From NCBI RefSeq assembly GCF_964355755.1, contig NC_092671.1, forward strand, positions 17,050,001 to 17,114,000: 64,000 bases of DNA, in the 5' to 3' direction. This DNA is from Antedon mediterranea (lineage: Eukaryota; Animalia; Echinodermata). Each line of letters begins with the position of its first letter. The first letter of the stretch is position 1. Shown here piece by piece: positions 39,876 to 51,690 of the stretch. The notes beneath the pieces are model-generated. The model did not search any database, was not told where the DNA came from, and was given only the letters and a program-made list of their open reading frames with translations. The position numbers and the translations under genes were made by a program.

Positions 39876-40579
39876 TAATTTATGTTAATATTTATTTCAT
39901 TTAAAAAAACAACAACGCAGGAATGTTTAGAACCATGATCAAATATTTATTGACTAAGATTCAAGATTTGCGTGTATAACTAGTTTGCTATTACACAAAA
40001 TGATATCATTAATCAACAGGCATGGAAGTCCATAGCCCACTGATGTATTCGACAATCACTTTGTGCAGTTAATTACTGCTTGGGGATTCTGATAATACAT
40101 CAATTTAATATTAACATTTGAGTGGATATCGTTACGGGAAATGGTCAGATGGACTTAATTGTATACAGTATTGGTGCTACTTAGCTTTTACAGTTTCAGT
40201 CAAATGACGTACTTATTGTCAACAATTATAGCACTGCTTAAACAACCTCCCTTTCTAATAAGTAGCCATTTTAAAAGCGTCCTCTCCCCCTCCAACCCCC
40301 CCCCCCCTTTAATTACAAAAAATTGCTTCTGTTGTGAGCTTTGATTCTTTTGGACTGATGGAGGTCCTAGACTACTTTTTATAGTGTGTGTGATCAATTT
40401 CTCATTCATCATAAACTTGAAAGTTATTCATAAAAATAGCTTATATTTACACCTCAATATTAAGCAGAAAGGCTTATTCAAAACCAATGTATTCTACCTA
40501 CAACATTTTAGTGGCTAGGAACATTGTGTGTTCATTAACAAAGAAGAAATCTACACTGGAGTTTTAATTGATTTTGACA

Positions 40580-40763
40580 CCTAGGTGTATTAAATGGGTA
40601 CCCGTTAGATAAAGACACAAGTTTCTGCTGATTTACTAGCTGTATTATTATTACTATTATTATTCATACGTGTTTGATCCAATGACCGGAGTAATAATGT
40701 TCAGCGCATTGAGAGCTTGCTTATATGCGCTATATAAAAATGAACTATTATTATTATTATTAT
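40580..40763 (+). mobile_element. Fragment of the CORE/L2-tail SINE family
   Basis: aggtgtattaaatgggtaccc..ttactagctg..cagcgcattgagagcttgcttatatgcgctatataaa..(tat)n. Confidence 0.6.
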
Positions 40764-42059
40764 TTTATATAATACCATAATCCATATAACCAAATATAAT
40801 CCCACTCCATAATTTAGGCTAAGTACAAATGCTTATGCAATCCAAATATAATCCCACCGCAAATTATGTAAATAGTCACCCTGCTACTGTACGACGCAAT
40901 CGGGAAGGCTTCCCGATTCATCGCAGTCAAATCGGCAAAGTTCAACCATGTTCAACTTTGCCGGCGATGAATCATATATGCGTACCAAAGAATATTTAGC
41001 GCTCGCGTACTAGATCCCCGATAAATTCTAGCGTTTCCATAGAATCGCTACGCTCTGTCGTGTAGCGATTTTATGGAAACCAAGCTTTACACTATTAAAT
41101 CTGTTAAATCTATGTGCCTAACAGTAGAAAAATATACATTAAATACATAGTTCTAAGTTGAGTCTCAAAGTCTCTAGCTTTGGCAATCCATAGCGATGGA
41201 AAAATGCAAATGCGTAATTGAGTAAACACTTATGTGTTCATGTAATACGTAAAGGTAATATCTCATGTGCGTGTGGAAACATAACTCGGAAATTGGTTAC
41301 GGTGAAATCTTATGCTTCATTTGTAAATGAAAATGAAATTATGTGTGACAACCTTTGGTCCTGTTTATTTAAATGACATAATATGAAAAGTAATGTATGC
41401 AGAAAAATAATATGTTGATAAACAGTAATGTATACAATTACATGTATGAATAAACCCAACTCTCCCCAAACCTAAAAATCCAACCACCTACATATTTTCC
41501 TCTAATACCCATATCGACTCACACATCTGTCCCCATCCACCCACCCTGTCCATATTCAACACCAAAGTACGATTTCAAGCAGTTTTGTACATTATAAACA
41601 AATAGACTACAGTAATTTGGAATTGTATGATGACATGCATACCACATGCTTATTCTTCTTCCCTCTTGTTCAATTACAAATACTCACCAGCATGCAAGAC
41701 ATCATATTATAACGCTTGAATAAATTCCTGTCATCACTATTGTGGGTCACATGGCATGCAATAGCACGTACTATTTAGATCGTGTACATTTAAAAAATGT
41801 TTTCATGTATGGAAAAAAAATGTTCTCCCATATGGAAAAAAGTTGTACAACGCGATATCTCCTTCACAACAACAAGATCAGAACAATAGCAAAAATCTAA
41901 TTAGACATGCTTTGATTCTTAAACTACATACATTATCTATTATTTGTATGATGTTAAACAAACAATTATAGCCATGAAGAAAAAAAAAAATGGTTAGTTT
42001 GTGGGGTGTTAGTATAAAAGCAACATGGTAGCAAAAAACACAAAATAATTAAGACATAT

Positions 42060-42205
42060 CAGAAGCGGATCCAGGAGCATTAATTTGAAGTTTGGTGTTT
42101 ATACTATACAGGTATTCTGTAAAGCATTGAACATGCACTCTCCACTTTACAAGTGCTGATGTAATTCTTAAACGCCATTTTTTCCCAATGCTGGATCCGC
42201 CACTG
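42060..42205. mobile_element. hAT-like MITE just downstream of ICA1 exon 7
   Basis: CAGAAGCGGATCCAG ... CTGGATCCGCCACTG inverted termini. This explains the non-ICA1 tail of ORF 42104..42382. Confidence 0.55.
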
Positions 42206-42217
42206 AATTTTATTTAC

Positions 42218-42343
42218 TTTATGCCTGTTTCTCCTATTTCTTCGTTTGCCCTTGGCGCCTTTCTCCTCATCCTCGTCGTCCTCTGGAAGTAAATCTTTTG
42301 CACCTGACAATTTTGCCAGTTGTTTACTAGTTTCCGTTAAATC
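42218..42343 (-). CDS. ICA1: ICA1 coding exon 7
   Basis: ccttcag|DLTETSKQLAKLSGAKDLLPEDDEDEEKGAKGKRRNRRNRHK|gtaaat; 126 nt, phase 0/0. Confidence 0.8.
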
Positions 42344-43640
42344 CTGAAGGAAGGGAGAGCAATAGACAGAACTCACACGCAATCAAATAACAGCAACGTA
42401 AAACAGTCATGAAATACGGCAAAGCAGGGAAAGGGTAATGGTAATAAAAATAGCTTTAAAATACATGTAACGATTAGCTAAACATTTACATATTAACATT
42501 TTATCTGTTTATTTTTGTACTAAATAATCCATGTATTTATAGGACCATCTCCTAAATGTACAACTATAACTGCAATTCTCTGTTAAAAAAGACTGGTCCT
42601 AAGAATATCCAAGTGCAGTACAACAGTACGTAGATCGACCACGGCTTTGAATCAATTATTTATGAAATAAATTGTATTTAAAAGGATATCTAGAAAACTA
42701 AGATCTATAAACTAATGCATAAGATTACTTAGTTTTCTAGATCTGATGTCTTAAATATAGATATACCTTTTCTAGATCTGATTTCTTCCAAATCATACGT
42801 GATCTCTCTCAACAGAAATAGGAATACTAAGTGAAATGTTATTGAACTTTATGTAATTAAATTCAATAAGATATCATTACTGTCATTATAACATGTCATT
42901 ATTTGTGTATTTAGATTAATTCATGTTATTAAACAACTGCTTCCAATGTACTTTAAAGTTATTCTTAAATAGAAATTAATATTAAATTCTCAATACTTTC
43001 AATGATTTCTAACTTTGCTAAATAGTATTAAAAGAGAAAATAATATATGGCATTATATATAATATATACATATATATATATAAGGAATATTTTTTCAGTT
43101 GAGGAAAGTTTATATCATTCAAAGTAGAATTCAAAATACCAAACAAAAATTAACATGTGCATTAACAAAAAAAATGTCATTTAGAAAACCAAAAATCAGT
43201 AAATTATAAAAAATAAAAATGTAGTTTAGCTATCGAAAGTTTTGTGATTTGTAACCTAACAAATAAAAATTAAAAAGCCTACCCACAAACATGCAGCCTG
43301 ATGTCATGCACAAACATGCATCAAGAAAAATGCATAAAATTCATGCAAATGAGTTACAGCAAAACAAATAATTAGTATTCACATTTACAAGTTATATATT
43401 ATATTTATAATTATAATATTCATAAATTATTCTAAAATTTCATTAAAAGAATCATTTAATTAATAATTTATAAATGCTGATAAAAGTTTAAAAAAATACA
43501 AAATACTAAGTATAAATTTAACATACTTATTTTTTTTTAACACAACCATACTTACAACCAATGACATTATGCTAAAACCAGGATATTTAATTTTTAGTAG
43601 AAATTTAAAAAAAGCTAAAACATGCTAGAACTTTACTCAC

Positions 43641-43865
43641 TTTAAGCATATTAAATTCATAATGCTGGTAGCCCTTGAAGCTTTCTTGTACGGCAGACAT
43701 CGTACGTGATGTCCGCTCCCAGAAATGAAGAATCGCATTCTGATACGCGACAAGCGTATGCGAGAACATATTGCAACGACTGGCTCCTAGAAGATCTATT
43801 TTCTGACAGACATCGGTTTTAAGTTTGTCAAACTTCATCTTTGTTATTCTTACTTGAGCTTGCAC
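43641..43865 (-). CDS. ICA1: ICA1 coding exon 6
   Basis: tttcag|VQAQVRITKMKFDKLKTDVCQKIDLLGASRCNMFSHTLVAYQNAILHFWERTSRTMSAVQESFKGYQHYEFNMLK|gtgagt; 225 nt, end of the BAR domain. Confidence 0.96.
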
Positions 43866-44185
43866 CTGAAAAAAATAAAATATGATGCAAAACTTAATGT
43901 AAAAACTTGCGACGACAGAAAAAGCGCTTTAAAGGTTGATGTAGAAGCATCAATATTTAGGTAAGTCAGGCTTTAAATAATACATAGAGGTAGTGTTTAT
44001 TGTGTTCATTGGATGCTTTGTCAGAAAACAGTATTTTTAACTCAAACAACAGTGATATACATAAATTATATACAAATGTACAACATACTTTTACATTAAT
44101 AAAATAAATGTTGAAGTACTGTACACACAAATGGACACAAGGATAGACAAATCAACCGAATTACATTTACTCTCACTCTTCAGGG

Positions 44186-44470
44186 AGCAAGGTAACCATT
44201 TCTGACATTTAATTTCCCTCTAAATAGAAGTGCAAGGTAACCATTCTGACATTTAATTCCTCTTTTAGAAATAGAAGTGCTAGTGAGCAAGGTAACCATT
44301 CTGGCATTTAATTCCCCTTTTAGAAATAGAAGTGCCATTGAGCAAGGTAACCATTCTGGCATTTAATTCCCCTCTAAATAGAAGTGCAAGGTAACCATCC
44401 TGGCATTTAATTCCCCTCTAAATAGAAGCGCCAGTGAGCAAGGTTATTCTGGCATTTAATTTACCTCTAA
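44186..44470 (+). repeat. Tandem repeat, 45-55-bp unit, about 6 copies, TE-derived
   Basis: gcaaggtaaccattctg(a/g)catttaattcccctctaaatagaagt is repeated. The unit and the following 44487-44545 match the interior of the 1926-2360 MITE. Confidence 0.85.
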
Positions 44471-47098
44471 ATCTTTAGTTTAGATCCTAATTAGCGACCA
44501 AAGCTACTCAAGACCACTAAACTTAGGTCCCAAAAGAGGTCTTATTTTAAAATATACTTTATGCAGCCTCACATCTGAAAGGACCCAACACATTCAATTC
44601 TCACTCACAGATTTTACAATTACCATAGGTAGATTTATTTTCTTAATTTGACACATTTTCAAAACTTTTATAATAAATTTTACTTTAAATTCAAATTTAT
44701 GATTTGTGAATACATATTTTATTTCATAGTTTAAATAAATTTACACATAGATAAAGTTGCACTTTGAGTGTGTTTGAGATAATCTAAACTTTCAAATTCA
44801 ATGTAATGAATCTTGTATTTCATTTTCAACTGGATCCAAAATATATCATATTGGCTTCAATTTACACAGTTTTAACAATTTGCATGGTGAAGAATACCCT
44901 GTACATATTAATCAAATTCTTGGTTGAAGTTTTAGTTAAAATAATTTATACAATTTTCTGATGGATTATTTTCACTGAATCTTTTCTTTACAGTCATTGT
45001 ATTTTGGCTAAACAAAATTTTCAAATTGGGTATTGAATAATTAAATGGGAAAAATTATTGAAAATAAAACAAAGGGTTTTTTGTATTGAACATGTAGTTC
45101 CCATAATGATTTGCTTTTATAATGAATAACTTTAGTTTTAATGGATTGTGAATACAACTTTTGAATTTGAATTAAATATTTGAATCAGAATAGTTTTCTT
45201 TAAAACATAACACATTTTTTACTATTTTTTACGCTTTTACTATCAGTATCTCTCAACCATTAAAAGTCAATGTATTAAACACACACGCTGTCTACAAAAT
45301 TAAGAATTCTTTATTATCATTGATACCGCAGAGGCGTACTTAAAAAACCCAAGTGATACGACCACTCTATCTTGTCAGATATTTGATCCACTAACGATTT
45401 CAATCTTGAACGCAATTTACACAAAACTACAATATATATGTCTGAATCTTAATACCCATCTTAGCTTAGTTTGTTAATTTGAAACATCACATGGGTCTAA
45501 TTTGCAAGTTACTCTTGACAACAGTCGCTCAATGTAGTCGTTTTGTTTCAAAAGGTGTTGTTTTCCTCCTCTATTTTCATGATGATGTCATAATAAAATG
45601 GTCAAGTGGGCAAAGAATATATTTTTAAACCTTCCTAGGGAGTGTTTTACGCATTTTAAGTTTCCGTTTTCATCATTAAAAGAAATTATAAAAAGACAAT
45701 CAATTTTTGTCTACAACTGTACAGAAATTTAATTACAGTAAAACAATACTGTTGATGATGCACTAACTAAAAATGACCACGTTGAAGTCACGGTTGAGTG
45801 GGTAAGCCCATCAGCAAACTGTAAGCCATGAATGCAAATGTATGCAGGGAGTTCGAGTATAGTTCTAGATTTGACAAATACGTAAAACTTTAATGCCTTA
45901 ATGTATTTTTCTACCGTCAATCCAATGAAAACCAGGTTGATAATTTCAATGTTCGACTTTTTACTCAAAATAAAATGATTCTACTACAGTAAGTATATCC
46001 TTGAAATTTGATTTGTTGAATTTTGTATCACATGTCATGCATATTTTCTCCTATTTTAAAAATCGGGGTACTTGGCAAGGTACCGTAAACTTTTGTAAGC
46101 ATTTTGAAACAATTTTTTGATGTGGTAGGCTGGTGCAATGAAAAATATAACCTGTAGGCAGTCTATAACTGTCTTTGAATAGAACAGTCAATGTTTAACT
46201 TATATACAAATATACTCAAAATAACAGTATTATTTACTTTGCTAGATAGTTTTCACTGAATAATATAACTGTATACAAAATAAATATTAAAAATAATATA
46301 TGTTATTGTGAAAAACGTGTTACTGTTATAAACTACAATATTGATCTAATTCTATTTATTAATTTGTTAAATTATTCATTTTAAAAAATACATTTATTAA
46401 TACACCAATGAAATATTGAAAATCAATTCTACTACAGCGCACTATGTCGGTTGGTTGGTAAACACTACCTTGAGCACGCGAATGCAGGCATGTATATGGC
46501 GTTGTTTTATGGCAACTTTCTAACTTAATAATAATTGTGAATGCCTAATATACTAATATAAGTAAAAACATTTTTTAAATATAAAAGATAATTTATGAAA
46601 AATCAATATGTTGGACCCTATTACAATACTGATAGAGGGCTCACTTCATATTTAGAAATTATTTGGAACAACTTTGATTTAATCATCTTTCTAAACTTTA
46701 CTAGCTGTGTATATGTATAACCGAAGGGACCTCACCTAGCTAAACTCTGAAGTTTACACACACAGCGACATCAACACTGGTCTTTTGTAACTCTGAATTT
46801 CAAAACAACTCTAAACATCAGGTGTTGTTTTGGGCTAGAAGGTCACTCTTGATCGAAACATTTATTGTATTTCTATTTATCATCAATATCTACATATAGA
46901 GTACTAGTATTTAAGATTTTTCTATAGCAAAACTCCAGTGGTAAAGGATTCATGTGAATGCGTTATATCTGGGATTTCTATTTCATGTGAAGTGCACTAG
47001 CGGTACGGAGACACTTGGGCGCTTCTCCAGAGTTTATTGAGAGCGTTTAATGTGAAAGGGGTATTACTTACCTTTTTAAATTGTCTAGCTGTATTTAT

Positions 47099-47355
47099 GA
47101 GGGCATGTCACGCAGTGTGCTGGACGTTGGATTACTGGTCATGATATTCTGGTTCGAATTCAACTCTCGCCGCATTGCTTGTATCCTTAGGCAAAATACT
47201 TTACTTACATTTCTCTCTCTCTCTACCCTGATTACTAGCTGCATTATGGGAGTATGTTTCCATACGTGTTTGATTTAAAAAATGGCCGGGTAATAATGTG
47301 CAGCATAGTGAGAGCTTGCTTATAATAATGCACTATATAAGAATTACTATTATTA
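47099..47355 (+). mobile_element. tRNA-derived SINE with a CORE-like segment and L2-like tail
   Basis: B-box ggttcgaattc, CORE-like tgtatccttaggcaaaatactttac, and the tail gcactatataagaattactattatta. Relatives at 4575 and 40580. Confidence 0.65.
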
Positions 47356-47960
<605 letters not shown>

Positions 47961-48404
47961 AATTATAATAGTGACATACATGTAAATGTAAAACACTAGT
48001 TGACTGACATTTTCACTGTTCTATAGAGTAGCGAGCCTTCTTTGTTGAGCTGGAACTAAATACGGTTTCGTGCTAAGAAAACTGTACTATTTCTATGTTC
48101 AGTAATTGATCCAACGATTGCAAAAGGCAACATAATTACATATAAATATTTCAGAGAGGATTCGGAAACTTAGAGCTTTGCACATTACACACAGAATTCC
48201 CGTTTCAGGACGGTACTGTAGACACAAGATCAAGACAAGTGGAAAGTGTATTCACAATTGTCACAGTCTGTTACATTACCGTCCATCGCAAAACAAAATA
48301 TTGCTATGATCACTATTATTGTCTTGTCCTCATCATCATATCATATTATGATATCAGGTGATACGATATTTACACAAAAACATTTCTATAAGTAAATGTG
48401 TACA

Positions 48405-48500
48405 CATCTGGCTCGTGTGCACTTTAAAGAACCCAGTACATCTTTCGGAAGAGTAGGGGGGGTTACCCCTGTGTACTGGTCCATTCAGCACCTGTCGTTG
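48405..48500 (+). mobile_element. Partial Deu/Nin-type SINE core
   Basis: gtgcactttaaagaacccagt..gaagagtagggggggttacccctgtgtactgg matches the core of the copies above. Confidence 0.6.
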
Positions 48501-48648
48501 TGGACAGACGAACAGGCACTGTTTGGTGGCAGCACTCGACACAAAGGGACTCTTAGAGGAGTATGTGGTATGTGGCAATTCAGCCCAGCAGGCTGCAAGT
48601 CGCAGGTTATTTACATACTATACTATAGGTGGCAGGCAGTCAGGCTAC

Positions 48649-48772
48649 CTTTGTTCAGATGCTGAGCTTTGTGCTTTACCAACAGCAGCCATCATCTTCC
48701 CTGCTCTTGTCTTGTTGTGTCCGCTATGAGATTTCAAGAAGCGTCCCATTGCATTTTCTTCTTGGGAAAGAG
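48649..48772 (-). CDS. ICA1: ICA1 coding exon 4
   Basis: ttcaaag|(S)LSQEENAMGRFLKSHSGHNKTRAGKMMAAVGKAQSSASEQ+AG|gtagcc; 124 nt. Confidence 0.92.
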
Positions 48773-48829
48773 CTTTGAATATTAAGTATATATATTAGTA
48801 TAAATTTACTTTTAAAATGCATACTATAA

Positions 48830-49014
48830 AGCTCTGTCTACACTATCAAACTAGTTTGACGAAAAAATAGTAATGTGCCCAAATATGGTAGCGATATGCC
48901 CAAATATGGTAGCGATATGCCCAAATATGGTAGCGATATGCCCAAATATGGTAGTATAGTAGTGATATGACATCATATATTTAACACATAACGTTTGATA
49001 GTGTTTACAGAGCT
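48830..49014. mobile_element. PIF/Harbinger-like MITE with an internal 21-bp tandem expansion
   Basis: TAA-AGCTCTGTCTACACTATCAAAC ... GTTTGATAGTGTTTACAGAGCT-TAA. The unit gcccaaatatggtagcgatat repeats about 3.7 times at 48877-48955. Confidence 0.75.
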
Positions 49015-49315
49015 TAAGAGAAAGTGTTTGTTCCTTTGATATTGCATCTATACACATAGGATATTGAAATAAACTGGAATTATATAAGGAAGGTTTTAAA
49101 CTACATATTAAAAACTTTGTTTTCTCCTAGACAAAAATAATTGCATATGACTGGGTTTTTAGTAAATCTGTTATTTATATTATTTATTGACAAATTATAT
49201 TATACTATAATAGAATTTACAATAAATAGAATTGCTACAATTTACATATTCAAACACACACTGAAAAACAAAAATAGTCTCTATTGACATTCAATTGATA
49301 TTAAAATAAACTTAC

Positions 49316-49388
49316 AGCATATGTTATCTTGGTACCTTTCAATAACTCTCAACAAATCCATACATGTTTTCTGAATTGTGCTGAAAAA
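49316..49388 (-). CDS. ICA1: ICA1 coding exon 3
   Basis: tttacag|FFSTIQKTCMDLLRVIERYQDNIC+T|gtaagt; 73 nt. Confidence 0.92.
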
Positions 49389-49534
49389 CTGTAAACAATC
49401 AAACAATATATGAATTTATTTTTTTAATTTTTTTTATTTTATTCAGTTGTCAACCAACAGCGATGAAACCGCCACTAACAGGTTGAATGAAATGAATATT
49501 TATTTGGTTCACACTGGCGGCAACAATACAGCCT

Positions 49535-50131
49535 CTATTAATGAGAAACCTTGAGGACCCACCAAGCTGAAGTTGTAACACAATATAAGTATCTGGGCAA
49601 CATGATTGATAATAAATTAAACTGGAACCCCAATACTGATAAATTAGCTGCCAAATGTAACCAATGTCTTTATCGTTTAAGAAAAATGAATAAGTTTAAT
49701 GTATGTAATGTTTTTATGAAACTGTTTTATGAATCTGTACTCTGTTTTTGCTGCATTGTTTGGGGTAACAGTATTACCAAAGCCAATTACAATAGACTGA
49801 ATAGGGTAGTGAAGACAGCTAGCAAAATCATAAACTTAAACCCCTTAGAAAACATGTGCTATGATCTTGTAAATAAGAAAGTTAAATCTATTATCACTGA
49901 TGATACGCATCCCTTGCATGGGGAGTTTATAGTTAATAGTCTGGTAGATTAAGAATGATGCGTTTTAAAACAACTCGATTTAGGAATTCCTTTCAACCTT
50001 TAAAGTTTTGATATTTTGCAAGTGTTGTAAATTTTTTCTACTAATTGAGTGTATTCTTTTTCGCAACAAGAAGACAAATTTCATACTGTACTATCCTGGT
50101 TTGCATGACAATAAATGATCTGTATCTGTAT
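49535..50131 (+). mobile_element. 5'-truncated Rex1/Babar-like (CR1-group) LINE fragment
   Basis: EVVTQYKYLG..IDNKLNW..NTDKL..KCNQ.LY.LRKM..F.V...MKLFYESVL.F...VWG...RLNRVVKTASKII...D.THPLH, then K-T-T-R-F-R-N-S-F after a frameshift. It ends in aataaa plus a (tctgta)n tail. Confidence 0.8.
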
Positions 50132-50293
50132 TGATAGGAGTGTCTCATGAATAAGGGCTGGTCATAGTTTTAAAATATTTCCCCTTGTTGTATGTTTCAT
50201 GCGAAAATGTCACCTGAACAGGTATAGCATAAAGAAGTTGGTTTGTATTTCTACCAACTATATATTAAGCATTTTAAATCATAAGCTTGATTA

Positions 50294-50548
<255 letters not shown>

Positions 50549-51456
50549 TCAGAGAGTATCAAACTCATGTTTCCAGCTTTATGTTGAAGTCTAATTGAAT
50601 AGGAACTCTTTACAACATTTATTTTTTTAAACAATAAGCCACGCTTATCATTAGGAACAGGCACAAATTATTATGAATAGGAGTAGTGTACGATTACTGT
50701 ATATGATGAGTATAGTCCCAGGGGGCCTGTGTATGATGTGTATTTTGGTAGAATTAGGGGGTGGGATACATAACAATAGTAATGTGTTTCAACTTTGCCT
50801 AGTTTAAATATATATCTGAGCATAGGATTGTACTCAGTAATATTTGGAGTTAGAATGAATACGGTAATTAAACAATTTAACATTATAACATTTTTATTTT
50901 GTGAATTTGGGGGAATTGGTAAGATTTGGAATCTAACAACTTGTATCAAACAATACAGATCACCATTTAGTGAGAATATGCCATACAATGCAATCAACAT
51001 GAATGAATGAAATCTATGGATGTATAAACATTGTGAACACAGAAACATGAATTATTCAACTATTGTACTACTAGACCAACACCACTAAGCAACATTGACT
51101 ACCAAGTAATTACATTAAGACTCCAACACCAAATAAATTTAATATCACCACTTGCCTGGAGAAATCTTCCTCGAGTCTGTTGCATTGGTACATAATAAAA
51201 CAGTGTTAGTGTGTGTACACAAATTTATAATTTTACATTATATAACACATCATCATCACCTCTGACATGAATTCCAACTTTGACTCTGGATAACTATTGC
51301 ACCTTAATATTAAAACTTACCAGACCATAAAACAAATTATTATATATCTACTTTCAACACAATTCAATGAAATTGTACAACAGGGAAAAAAATAGTGCTA
51401 ACAAAGGACCATGGTTTATCTGGTTCAGCAATAGAAATATTCCAAGGAAGCCTTTA

Positions 51457-51535
51457 AGCTCCGTCTGCACTATCAAACTAGTTTGAAAAAAAAAGTGTGA
51501 TGTGCTCGAATATTTTTAGTAGTGTAAACAGAGCC
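51457..51535. mobile_element. Internally deleted PIF/Harbinger-like MITE
   Basis: TTA-AGCTCCGTCTGCACTATCAAAC ... AGTGTAAACAGAGCC-TTA. Confidence 0.6.
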
Positions 51536-51690
51536 TTAGATTTCAATCTTTTGAACTATACTAAGACCAAGGAATACAATAGTTACAGACGAAGGACTAT
51601 AAAAGTCACATGATGATCTTGTCTAGACCTCTGTAAAAGAAAAGAAAAACACTCCCTCACAAAGACATTGTTTATGACGCATCTTGTGTA

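Noticed and set aside
50671-51048. 125-aa minus-strand ORF (and most other 60-130-aa ORFs in the track)
   Set aside because: Intronic or intergenic, with AT-biased F/I/L/Y/K/N composition, often non-ATG starts, and no splice-phase fit to ICA1.
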